Shown: positions 11,884-24,683 of the stretch, in pieces
Layout: every line of letters starts with the position of its first letter
Numbering within the stretch: position 1 is the stretch's first letter
Origin: Octopus sinensis
Taxonomy: Eukaryota
NCBI RefSeq assembly: GCF_006345805.1
Contig: NW_021832656.1
Coordinates: 1-34,762, forward strand
Direction: 5' to 3'
DNA: 34,762 nt
Position numbers and translations under genes: made by a program
Notes under the pieces: generated by a model
The model's input: only the letters and a program-made list of their open reading frames with translations
Told to the model about the DNA's origin: nothing
Database searches by the model: none

Positions 11884-12484
11884 TTTTGTGGAATGCTTGT
11901 GGTATTATAAAATTATAGAAAGGTATGTAAATATATACACTATATCCACAGATGAACAAACGCACGCACACACACACACACATACACACACACACACACA
12001 CACAAAGCCTTATATTCAAACATATCTACACGTATATTAGGTCCCTTACAAAGTATATTTATATATATTGTGTGTGCCATATGTACTTTAAAACATCGCA
12101 ATTCACATGCACCAAAGCCATTATTCGCAACAGTAAATCACACATACAAACATGCTGTATCCTTCCACTGTAAAGTGGCACACACAACTCAGCATGTGAC
12201 ACACACACACATTGACATGCACGCACACACAAGCCCACACGCACATGGGAATTAAAAAATTGCCTTATACAGAGAAAAAACATGTTATCTCTGACATACA
12301 CACAACTCGTACACACATACACTCTATAGACTCTGGTGCTCGTTTCTAAAATAATCTCAATGCAACAAACCTTTTTTTAGGTAAAAACTAAATACATCTG
12401 AAATCAATAACATATGATATTAGGTATATAAGTACATTGACGTATACACAGATTAATATATGTCTATACGTACGGATATATATG

Positions 12485-12563
<79 letters not shown>

Positions 12564-12808
12564 TATATACATATATATATGGGGGTGTATGCATTGTTAG
12601 ATTACACTATCATATGGTATGTATGTGTAAAATTTCTTCATTGAAAATGTGTAAAAAAGTGAAATCTCAATACAATGTGCAGCTGATATCATTCAGTATT
12701 TTTTTTTTAGGCAAGATGTCTTATTGGCACCCCCACAGAAAAGAGACAGTTATACCTATGTGTGTTTGTTTGTGTGTGTGAATGTGTGTTTCTTCATAAG
12801 TTATACCA

Positions 12809-12882
<74 letters not shown>

Positions 12883-12888
12883 TAATAA

Positions 12889-12955
<67 letters not shown>

Positions 12956-13026
12956 TGATAATGATGATGATAATGATAATAATGATGATAATAATAATAA
13001 TAATTATAATAATAATTATGATAATG

Positions 13027-13084
<58 letters not shown>

Positions 13085-13136
13085 TGATGATGATAATGAT
13101 GATGATGATGATGATGATGATGATAATAATAATAAT

Positions 13137-13199
<63 letters not shown>

Positions 13200-13226
13200 G
13201 ATGATAATAATAATAATAATAATAAC

Positions 13227-13291
<65 letters not shown>

Positions 13292-13380
13292 CAAGAACAA
13301 ATTTCAGAATAATAATGACAACGATGATGCTGATGCTAATGATGTTGATGATGTTGATGATGATGATGACGATGATGTTA
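12809..13380. repeat. Compound (AAT)n/(GAT)n trinucleotide array
   Basis: About 570 bp of in-phase alternating AAT and GAT blocks. Confidence 0.97.
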
Positions 13381-13706
13381 GTGATCACCGTGATGGCGAT
13401 GGCATTTTGTGAGAAACTTGCAGCTTTCATACACTGGAATATACATTAGCTTTATAAAATACTTATATTTATATATGTGAATATATGTGTGTGCATGTGT
13501 GTGTATGTCTACCTATTTATCTCTCTCTATTTATTTATATCGCTGGCTATCTATCTATCAACCTATTTATACTTCTTATTTTTATGTGTGTGTGTCTCTG
13601 TGTATGAATATTCATAGATAGATAGGTAGATGTATATATCTATCGATCAATATATATGTAAATGCATATATATATATATATGTATATATATATATGTATA
13701 TATATA

Positions 13707-13738
<32 letters not shown>

Positions 13739-13755
13739 CATATATACATAAATAT

Positions 13756-13810
13756 CCGGGATCTTTCGACCGCGACTCCCACTACCCTAACCACTAGGCC
13801 ATGTTCCTCC
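13756..13810 (-). mobile_element. Truncated tRNA-like SINE head
   Basis: Minus strand GGAGGAACATGGCCTAGTGGTTAGGGTAGTGGGAGTCGCGGTCGAAAG: A-box TGGCCTAGTGG; sequence breaks off into (TA)n before a full B-box. Confidence 0.55.
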
Positions 13811-13891
13811 ATTATATCCGATGTGATATTTTTGAATTTTTTCCCTCAATTTGAATACAAAGGTTACCTTATATATATATACATATAACAT

Positions 13892-13955
<64 letters not shown>

Positions 13956-14559
13956 TATATTATATATATATATATACATTTCACCCCCACGATGCTTCCA
14001 GCATACACCAGGATAACCATCCATACTCTAGGTTATGCAAAAATTACACAGACGTTCAAGGTTAATTGACGGTTATTGCTTTCAAGGTCCAGCAAGAATG
14101 TAAGTTCCTCCTAATGGAAGTATCAGTCGCAACCAACGATAATATATTTCTGGAAGAAACGGTGAAATTATCCACATATAAATATATCAGCAAATGTAAA
14201 TATCTAAAATGGAGAAAAACCTGAAAAACAGAAACAATCCTCGTATTAATGGATGCCTTGGGACGGATTTAAAAATACGCAGACATTTACATAAGCAAAA
14301 CGAGAAAGATTTACTTTTATGCGTATATACTGCATAGAATGTAAGGTTGGAGCACAAATATGACATTGGGCAGAATGAATCTAAATGCGATACGAATATA
14401 ATGCATAAAATAGGAAGGAAAAGAAAGTGGAATGAGAATAGTAAGCCCGGATGCAGAAAGCAATGAAAATGCTCTTCTCTGAAAGCATACGATAATATGA
14501 GTAGTAAAAATAACAATAAATATGATGGCAGTAAGCATTCTACGAATAATATATAATAA

Positions 14560-14563
14560 AAGC

Positions 14564-14596
<33 letters not shown>

Positions 14597-14602
14597 AATA
14601 TG

Positions 14603-14640
<38 letters not shown>

Positions 14641-14815
14641 TACTAATAATAATCATAATATAATAAAAGAAGAAGAAGAAGAAGAGACGAAGAAGAAGAA
14701 GAAGAAGAAGAAAGAAGAAGAAGAAAAAGAAGAAGAGAAGAAGAAGAAAGAAGAAGAAGAAGACAAAGAGGAGGAGGACGAGGTAAAGAAGAAGGAGGAG
14801 AAGAAGAAGAAGAAT
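14560..14815. repeat. (AAT)n followed by (GAA)n/(GAG)n low-complexity array
   Basis: Visible trinucleotide runs; source of spurious poly-N, poly-K and poly-E ORFs. Confidence 0.95.
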
Positions 14816-15044
14816 GAAGAATGTAAGACTGAAGGATTGTAACAGGATTGTAAATGAGGGGAAATATAATGTGATGGGAATGATAATTTTGGAAATAATG
14901 TTTTTATATTGGCCACAAGGGGAAGATATTTCGGTCAGAGCACATAAAAAAATGAATAAACAGACGAACGGAATGAAATGGATGACGAAAAAGGTTTTAA
15001 ATGTAAAGAACGCACACACTCGCGCGCGCGCGCACTCACACACA

Positions 15045-15114
<70 letters not shown>

Positions 15115-15256
15115 GGTATATATGTGTGTGTGAGTGTTTGTTTACGCTTTATGACGTCTTGTTCACATACATGCATATTTATGTACATATATATGTAAGT
15201 ATGTACCTATATGTATGTCTATACACACACACACACACACACACATGTACACACAC

Positions 15257-15302
<46 letters not shown>

Positions 15303-15494
15303 TGATGTATATTTGCCACCTAAATATGGCTAATCCTTAAAGGTTGAAGCTACTTTAGATTGTATCCCCCAGAAAGACATATCCAGTTGGGTATTGACAC
15401 AATTTCAGTGGCCTATCAGTATTTTCAAAGAGAAGTCGTCCTTCCCATATCCACACATAAAGACATCGTAATAATAATAATAATAAAAATAATA

Positions 15495-15553
<59 letters not shown>

Positions 15554-16035
15554 CAAGTCACGCCCAGAGTCCTCGAGAGACAAGTTAGAAGTTCATGCTG
15601 GTGTTATATCTAGGATGTCATATATTTGGTTTCGCACAGAGTATTGTGCTAGAGAATGTTTAACAAAATTAAAAAAATTATGAATTTATTTTTAAAATTG
15701 GAGATTACATAGACAGAATTGTACGTAGGTTACAGGCATTTACCATGAGCACTATCTTTTGAATTTCTGCCACATCAAGGTTTCCTTGTATCTGAGCTAG
15801 GTACCTATCAGCCCATCTTGCTATCCTTCCTAGGGCACCTATGATAACAGGTTTTGTTTTAGTCATGAGGTCCCACATTTTGCTAATTTCTATTTCCAAG
15901 ATCTTTATACTCACTCAGCTTTTGGGAGGTCTTGACAGATACATTTATATCGATTAGGATTAGGTCAGCCATATCAATGTGGAGGCATGAATTTTGTCTA
16001 AAATCTTTCAATATTATGTATATGATTATAAAATA
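15554..16035 (-). mobile_element. 5'-truncated R4/Dong-like non-LTR retrotransposon (restriction-like endonuclease C-terminus + 3' UTR)
   Basis: Two overlapping ORFs join as IILKDFRQNSCLHIDM...DINVSVKTSQKLSEYKDL / EIEISKMWDLMTKTKPVIIGALG...IQKIVLM...LRTILSM*, the PD..D / KY.DL..EI..MW / PVVIGALG signature of R4/Dong RLE domains; flanked by (TTA)n on both sides. Confidence 0.8.
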
Positions 16036-16048
16036 TCTATTATTATTA

Positions 16049-16093
<45 letters not shown>

Positions 16094-16793
16094 GTTGTTG
16101 TTGTTGTTGTTACCATCATCGACAGTATCATGTGTGGCGTCATTTCTGGCATTACCGGTAGCAAATGTAGTAACTTCACGGGGTGGAAATGTGGTATAAC
16201 CGTGATAAGAATTCAGATATATCATATATGTATATAGTTCGAAAGTGTTTACTTCAAGAAGATATCTAGCATAAATAGTAGAATTACACGTACATAATAT
16301 TGGTAAAACGGTAGACACGAACCAAAATAAGGTATGGAACAAATTATATATAGAGAGATATATATACATACTAATATATATATATATATATATAATATAT
16401 ATATCTATATATATATATATATATTATAATATATATATTATATATATGTCTGTACAACTGGAATATATTAATGTGATATTGTTGCAAGCTATTGGATTTC
16501 TCTCAGGTTAGAAATACATTCAAATTATTTCTCTAAGCGTATCACGCACACACCACAATAATCATAGGTAAGTATTGTTCCGTATTATTTACTATTCGCT
16601 GAGTAATAGGCGTGTTTTATTGGAAGTGGATTTGTAGACACCATTGTTTTTTCCGCCATACTGTTCTAACTTACTGAAGTGCATACATATATATGTGTGT
16701 GTGTGTGTTTGTGTGTCTCTATGTATGTATATATACGTATATATACTTACATACACAAACACACATATAAGTGTATATGTATGTATATGTATA

Positions 16794-16844
<51 letters not shown>

Positions 16845-17224
16845 GTATGTATTATATACATGAATATATGCTTATCTATCCAAATATGTTTACCTATTTA
16901 CCTGTCTATCCAAATATATGCACAATTTTTTACATACCCGCATGTATATATATTGACAGGAACACATACAGGTACATATATACTACATATACCTGTATAT
17001 ACATATATACGTATATATATGTGTTTATATATATATATGAATCTGCCCTTTTAGCTTTAATGCTTGCTTTCCACCTGAGTATTTATTAATGACAATAAAT
17101 AGCATCATTTTATAGATATATATTTATATACATGTATATGTTTACATATATATATACATATATATGCATATATTATGCATGTATAAAGACATACATATAT
17201 ATATATTATATATAGTTATATATG

Positions 17225-17282
<58 letters not shown>

Positions 17283-18110
17283 TGTGTGTTTGTATGTATA
17301 TATTTTGACGACATGAATGTTTAATGAAATAAATCCCTAATAGGTTGAAGAATGAAATTAAATTTTATGAAATTTTCATTATAGTGCCAGCTAATAAATT
17401 CTGTTAATGTTCATTTGGTTAATGTTTCCCTATTATCACCCCCCCCCCTCCATCAAAAACTTATTTTATTTAATGTACAAGATCCCGAAGCAAGATAGCT
17501 GTTTGAATAGCGACTTATATATATATAATATATATATATATATATAATATATATATATATATAATATATATATATAGATATATAATATTTTGAATACTAG
17601 CAGCCATACGGAAGTTGGTAGTCTGATGTAATATTTAATGCAACAAGCGTCCAATTTCAATGAATAAATACTTCATAAGCTTCTTAAATTAAAATTCGAT
17701 TTGTTATTATGCAACCCAATTAAGGAATGAACTACTGTGAATGCTATTCACTTGCAAAATTTTAACCAGGCTTTAAGAGAGAGAGCTTCAGATAGAGAGT
17801 AAGAGAGCGAGAGTTCAAGGATTGAAAGAAAGAGAGAAAAATGGAAAAAGAGTGGGAAGTAGGGAAAAGAAAAGGAGAGAGATAAAGAAAGAGAGAGAGA
17901 GACCCTCATTACTTGAAATGTTTTTGGATGTGACATGTCTGAAATTAAGACGGTGTTGGTCTTAGCTTGATTCGAATTGAAATTACTTACACCTCCATGA
18001 ATTATCAGAAGATCGATGCAACGAAGAGCTTTTTACTTCATATGAATTTCTGAGGTAACAAAATGAAGTAATAGCCATATTGTAGAACTCATGGCGGATA
18101 TATGTAACCG

Positions 18111-18335
18111 AGCTGGCAGAAACGTTAGCACGTCGGGCAAAATGCGTAGCCGTATTTCGTCTGCCGTTAAGTGTTCTGGGTTCAAATTCCGCCGAGGTCG
18201 ACTTTGCCTTTCATCCTTTCATGGTCGATAAATCAAGTACCAGTTACGCACTGGGGTCGATGTAATCGACTTAATCCCTTTGTCTGTCCTTGTTTGTCCC
18301 CTCTATGTTTAGCCCCTTGTGGGTAGTAAAGAAAT
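18111..18335 (+). mobile_element. Intact tRNA-derived SINE (octopus OK-like) with 13-bp target-site duplication
   Basis: AGCTGGCAGAAACGTTAG (A-box-like), GGTTCAAATTCC (B-box), central GACTTTGCCTTTCATCCTTTC..GGTCGATAAAT.AAGTACCAG; ATATATGTAACCG is repeated at 18098-18110 and 18336-18348. Confidence 0.9.
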
Positions 18336-19591
18336 ATATATGTAACCGTTCCCCTTTTCAAATAACTGTATGTGTTGTAGGTGTAATTTTTTGCTCGTTT
18401 TACGAGATGAAATATCATTCTGTAATATATGAGGATTTCTGCCATCAGAATGCTAGCTGACGTGTTATGTGTTGCTTTCATCTCTTCGCAGTCAATGAAA
18501 AATCTACCCGCCAAGCGCACACGATTATTGGAGTTGTGAGAGAGCTTAACGAAAGATCTTTTAATTTAATTCGAGGCCAAATATCTGCCCTGGGATTCAA
18601 GACCCATTTCTTCAATATACCGTGTAGAATTTACATGATTGTTACTTCGCCACGAATATGCTACTTAAGGCTTGTGCGAAAAATCAATATTTCGTTTCTA
18701 TAAAACAATACAGGAACAATCCCTTAATTTCGGCTAAAATAATCTTTAGTTCCTGGGAGACATGTTGTTTATTTATTATTCTGACATCGATATATTCGGA
18801 ATGAAATTTTCCGTTAAATGTCTAAATGTCAGAGATGATTTATATTTTAGGCATTCTTTTCATTGTTTCTCTGCCATTTTGGGGGTAAAACGTATTCAAA
18901 GTTTACATATTCGCAACAAGTCAATGAGTCGATCATAGAAATTCCTTCAATAATTGTGAGAAAGGATTGTCTCTGGCAACCGGTGCAGAAGAAATACAAA
19001 GTTAATTATTAGCATTGCAAAGCGGTTTTAGTCAACGAAGTGAAAAACATTTCCCGATTAACATACACAATCGAAGAAAACACAAAGATGTATCCACATG
19101 TGCTTGTCTTGGTATGGAAAAATATGTCTCTCTCTCATGGCAATGAGTTTATAATTGTGTGACTCATATTCTATAGAATATTTTTTTCATCCGGAAAGAA
19201 TCCAATCTCAATATATGGTTGAATAATCATATTTCGATGTATTTGGGAAAACGTTCGAGCCTGTTAACATGATAATTTGTTTTTCCATTCAACCGGTTGT
19301 ATAAATACAGCTTTGAAACGATCAGTTACAATTTGAAGATATTATCACATATTTTAGCGTAAATATTTATGGTATAGTGCAATTATACGTATAGATACAC
19401 AGGCGGCATATGTAGGACGCAAATATAATATTGGATCATCCCATATATAATGCGTTTTTTTTCAATTGCATGAACTGGATAAACTACCTGCATCAACTTG
19501 CTATAAGAGTAGGTAGTAATTTTACCCTGTACTTATTCTTAGTGCAAGTTCTGAAGAGTGTCGTGCGATAAAGTGACAGTATGTTGTGAAC

Positions 19592-19943
19592 TAAAAGGGA
19601 AGAATGCTACTGTTATTAAGATACCATTTCCTGTCGGACTTGACATATTTCCTGTTTTCAAAGTCCAGATAAGTACGTCCACCCAGCAAAACCCAGCATC
19701 CAGAGACAAGTTTCAGAGTCATTGCTCATCATCAGTCTGTAGTAGCTTGGCTTCCTACCAGTCTGTGCTCATCCGTCTTTGAAAACATATTTCAATTGAA
19801 ATAAATCCACTGATATTTGAAAATAGAAATATTGCATTTCTAAATCTCTCAGCGAGATTTATACAGTAGCAGCACGATAATGTGATCGTATGTAGTCAAC
19901 TTAATGTGACGGCCCCATAAAAGGGAAGAATGCTACTGTTATT
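19592..19943 (+). repeat. Exact 26-bp direct repeat pair, 326-bp period
   Basis: TAAAAGGGAAGAATGCTACTGTTATT at 19592-19617 and 19918-19943. Confidence 0.9.
19701..19739 (-). ncRNA. Candidate minimal type I hammerhead motif (HHR-4, unrelated to HHR-1/2/3)
   Basis: Minus strand CAGA-CUGAUGA-UGAG-CAAUGA-CUCU-GAAAC-UU-GUC-UCUG: intact core, helix I CAGA/UCUG, helix II GAG/CUC with U.U at its base, 2-bp helix III, GUC triplet. Confidence 0.5.
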
Positions 19944-20278
19944 TAACCCTAGGGTACAAATTTGTAGAGGTACACAGAATAATTTATCATACACAAAAAA
20001 GGAATTATTTTTGAGTTATATTGTCCTGTGAATATCTGCTGGTAAAATGAATATATTCATCTCATACCTGTTGTCTTTATTTACAGTCCATATATTCCTC
20101 AAGAAGTGAACTTCAATGATGAGATTTACTAAATTCAAATGCTTCGATCTCTACATTACACCGTTATGCATTGGTTTACTATGTGTTTTGTCGTCTGTAG
20201 GAGATTTTTGCTATACCATAAAACTGTATAGATCCATATATCGTGCATTATGTGTGTATATGTATATATATATATATA

Positions 20279-20337
<59 letters not shown>

Positions 20338-20564
20338 TATATAGACAGACCGCTAAATCCTCAATTTTTTCATTGTCTCTTTTTATTCACTGTTTAATGC
20401 TTCATATTCCTTTCAGCTCAAGTGCGTAGGCACGAAATGTAAAAGAACTTTTCACCTTCCCAAGCGTCAATCTAATACAACTGCTTGTTGTTTATAGAGG
20501 TGACTACGTACTTTCTTTTCTGTAAATGTCAACTATACATACACACACGCACACACGTATTTAT

Positions 20565-20660
20565 GAAGGCCCTTGGCTCAGTGGTTAGAGCGTCACACTC
20601 GCCATCATAGGATAGTGTGTTCGAATCTCAGATCGGGCGATGCGTTGTGTTCTTACCTAT
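20565..20660 (+). mobile_element. tRNA-like SINE head (not a tRNA gene)
   Basis: A-box TGGCTCAGTGG (20574-20584), B-box GTTCGAATC (20619-20627), then CORE-like GTTGTGTTCTT; no acceptor-stem pairing seen. Confidence 0.7.
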
Positions 20661-21290
20661 GTTTTAAGCTTGAGATATGCCTGTATTTGCTGCATAGTAC
20701 CTGCCAGCAGAGATGCGTTCTTCTGGCATTTCTCCTACTCTCTCATTCATTGTATATATATAATATATATATATATATATATGTGTGGTGTTTGTGTGTG
20801 GTGTGTAGGTGTATGTATATACATATATACATATATATGTATATATATATATATATATTATATATATATATATATATAATATATATATAAATATACAGAC
20901 ATATGTATATATATATATATATAGTATATATATATATATGTATGTATATAACATACTGCATATATATACATGCATGCGTTAAATCCATTAATTAAGACAA
21001 AACAATGCATATGAATTCTGGAAAAGGTTATTAAGTTTATGTATTTTGAATTATTTGCATAAATGTTTATTTGCTATTTTATACAAATTATATTACTTCT
21101 ACTTCTAATGTATTTTTTACAACATGACAAAATCTATTTATGTAAACCCACACATACTACAGCTGCACACACATACACGTAGATACGTATGTGCACGCGT
21201 TTGTGTATGTAGGTATATCTATAGTCATATAAATATAGATATAATTAATATATATATATATATATGTATATATTGTATATATGTTATATA

Positions 21291-21325
<35 letters not shown>

Positions 21326-21820
21326 ATAATAGATATATATCTATATATATGTATATGTATAATATATATATATATATATATATATTTGTAAAAAAGAAGT
21401 TTGAAAATGCCACTATATTAGATTATATATATATATATATGTGTATATATATATAAGTATAGGAATTTCTGCATTTGTACAGGTATTTACGTACAAACAC
21501 TTATGTAAATATTTAATACGCGTACCGCTTTTGTATCTGTATCTTTGTGCATATATGTGTGTGTTTACCGATATATGACCCTAAAGATAAGTGCAAAAGG
21601 AATTTAAAGAACGATGGATATTAATATGCATATAATAACTAATGCATTTCGAATATTTCCTTTTATTGTCCTAAAGCATATAACATCAAACACTAGATAT
21701 ATCACAATATCCCGCACCTACTTGCGTACGTATTTCAGTTTGTAGTCTGCTTTTTGCTGTCTTCATCTTTTTTCTTTCTCTCTCTCCTTTCCCTCTGTCC
21801 AATCTCAGAATGTATCTATA

Positions 21821-21823
<3 letters not shown>

Positions 21824-21869
<46 letters not shown>

Positions 21870-21912
21870 ATCTATATATCTATATATCTATCTATCTATC
21901 TATGTATCAATC

Positions 21913-21963
<51 letters not shown>

Positions 21964-21991
21964 TCGATCTATCTAACTGTGCATCTATCTT

Positions 21992-22027
<36 letters not shown>

Positions 22028-22275
22028 AATATCTATCTATCTATCTATACAACTATCCATCTATCCATCAATCTATCTATCTATTCATCTATCTATTTAT
22101 CTATCTCTATCTCTCTCTCTTTCTTTATATATATATATATATGTATAGCCATCTATCTAACTATCCATCTATCCATCTATATATCTATATATCTATCTTT
22201 CTATCTATCTCACTATGCATCTATCCATCTATCCATCTACCTATTTATCTATCTATCTATCGATCTATCTATCTT
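21824..22275. repeat. (CT)n followed by degenerate (CTAT)n/(CCAT)n array
   Basis: Visible low-complexity tract. Confidence 0.92.
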
Positions 22276-23168
22276 TATGTGTATTTAAAGAAATGAGTAT
22301 GTGTGTGTGTCTTTCTGACGTGCGTACCCATCTACTCATACGTATGACAAACGCCACAGGATATTTCGAATTTTTTGCATATATTTTTATAACTACACGA
22401 ATGTTATGTGTGTGTGTGTGTGTGTGTGTGTACAAACGCACACGCACTTATATACACACGTGTATATTGAGTCACTCTCCTCACGAAATACATTTTATAT
22501 ATGTGTGTGTCTTCGAGCACCTGCATACACACACACAAACACACACTCACACACTCACACACACAAATACACAGACACATTTTTATTTTGGTGAGATTTT
22601 CTTCCTCCAGTTTTGTAACAAAATCACGTTTATCTAAGAATGTGAAGTTTTTGAAAAGAGTTTTTCGAATTTCCTTGTAACTCCGTTACGTTGAGATTTG
22701 TTGTCCGTTTGATTCCGGCTGAATTTTATTGAATCGCAAGGAAATTGTAAGAAAAAAATGGAATACGTAAAATTCATATTCGCAAACATATTTCGTATAT
22801 ACATCTATTTTTGCTTTAAACTTTTGTGGCTACGACCAGATTTTCATTAGTATTCTTGCGATCTGCGTTTGTTGACGAAGGATCAAGAAATCGCCCTTAA
22901 ACCTATTCTTTTTTCTATACTCAAGTATTAACTCGTCCTATAATTAACTTCAGAACTTTTTGGTATTTACTTTTCTCTCTGTCGTATAAATGGCTTGAAG
23001 CTTTGCTCAGACACGCTTCTAATATTTATTTGTTAAGTTTATCTCTAAAACTTTTATATAATTATTATAGAATCTAGCTGGACCTGTGAAAAATTCACGG
23101 AAGACATAAAAAATGTAAACAGTGTACTGGTGCCATGAGAAATATTTGTATGTTATGATCATCTGTTT

Positions 23169-23305
23169 TTACGTTCTGAGTTCAAATTCTGCCGAGATCG
23201 ACTTTGCCTTTCGTCCTTTAAGTTTCGATAAATTAAGTACCAGTTGTATACTGGGGTCAATCTACTCAAGTCCCCACCTCCCCGCAAAAACTTCAGGCCT
23301 AGAAA
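23169..23305 (+). mobile_element. Partial OK-like SINE
   Basis: ACGTTCTGAGTTCAAATTCTGCCGAGATCGACTTTGCCTTTCGTCCTTT...GATAAATTAAGTACCAGTT matches 18170-18260. Confidence 0.8.
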
Positions 23306-23482
23306 AGTATATTGTGACAGTTATAGAATGTAGAAAGTAATGCAACACCAATGACTATATAATCCAACCAAAATAACTCATTTACACAAATGTAAACGGA
23401 ATTACTATTTAACCTTAGAATACATCGTACATATTCAAAGAACCTTCTTGGTTTAGTGGTATGGAACGCTTCTCTTGAATTC

Positions 23483-23762
23483 TTCTATTCTTTTACTTGT
23501 TTCACACATTTGACGGTGGCCATGCTGGAGCACCACCTTTTAGAAATTGACCCATGGACTTATTCCTTGTAAGCCTGTGCTTATTCTATCATCCTCTTCC
23601 GGTGAACAGCTAAAGCAGTTAAATTACAGGGATGCAACCGCACCAACATCGGTTGTCAAGCAATTATCGAGGCGGGACAAACACAGACACAAACACAAAC
23701 ACATACATGCGTATATATATACAAATACACACACACACACACATATGTATATATGACGGGCT
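23483..23762 (-). mobile_element. CORE-type SINE, 3' half plus internal microsatellite; head missing
   Basis: CTTTTACTTGTTTC..CATTTGAC..GGCCATGCTGGAGCACC ... CATCGGTTGTCAAGC ... (CA)(TA) GACGGGCTT; homology to 1931-2333 stops at ~23762. Confidence 0.78.
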
Positions 23763-24643
23763 TGGATGTAGTGGTGATGTTGGTTGGTGCGATTTTGTGG
23801 TTTGCTGGTATGCCGAGAGAGATCCAGTGGGCCTCTGACTGGTTCCCCAATCTTAAAGGTGTAATGTGGTAATGTGATGATGGAGAGGCTGGTGAGTTGG
23901 TGATGCTAACTGGTGCGGTGATCTTCCTCATAGCACTTTATGGTAGACGATATTTTGGTAATTTAGTGTTGACACTACTTCGAATATTGTTCGACAAATA
24001 TTTTAATACAAAACATTAGTTTCTCTGGGGTAGACTGCTAAGAAGCCAATGCAATGCGCATAGTCTTCCGAATATTATTTTAAGAATATAAATGTTTGAA
24101 ACTTCGCAGGATTCTACATACGCATTGTGTTCTAATCCAATAAATTTTGCGGTTCTCTTAAAGAAATCTGTCGAACACGCCTCGTCGAAATCGACGGACG
24201 ATGCATTAAAAAACAAGAAATAACAGAAGTGTAATATCCATTGAAATGATGGCTCTTAAAAGACATGAACACACTCACGCAAGCAAAACAAACAGAGTCA
24301 GACACAAACAGGATTGTATTGCAAATGATAATGAGGTAGGATGGAAATAAATCGAAATAACATAAGAGATGGAGACAGAATGCGTGACAGTGGAAGAACG
24401 GTGAGACAGAATATGTAAAGAAAGACAGAGAGTTGTGGGGTGTGGAGAGAGGAAGAGAGAGAGAGGAGGGTGAATTGTGTCAGAGAGTAATTGACAAATA
24501 CGCAAACCGATATATATATAAAGACTTGTTTTATTATATTTCCTGAGCGCCATACTAATACAATTGTTCGTTTGTTTTTCACCTGCCTTCGTCTTTTGTT
24601 TATTTTCATAAAGCTTCCTTTATATATCTATATATATGTATAT

Positions 24644-24683
<40 letters not shown>

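Noticed and set aside
12762-13449. Long 164-216 aa ORFs on both strands (poly-I, poly-N, poly-D, poly-M)
   Set aside because: They come from stop-free trinucleotide arrays and have no complex sequence.
14522-14916. Poly-N/E/K ORF resembling an acidic/basic low-complexity protein
   Set aside because: Made of (AAT)n and (GAA)n repeats with no splice or homology support.
20565-20640. Possible tRNA gene (clear A- and B-boxes)
   Set aside because: No acceptor-stem or cloverleaf pairing, and it continues into a CORE-like SINE body, so it is a SINE head.
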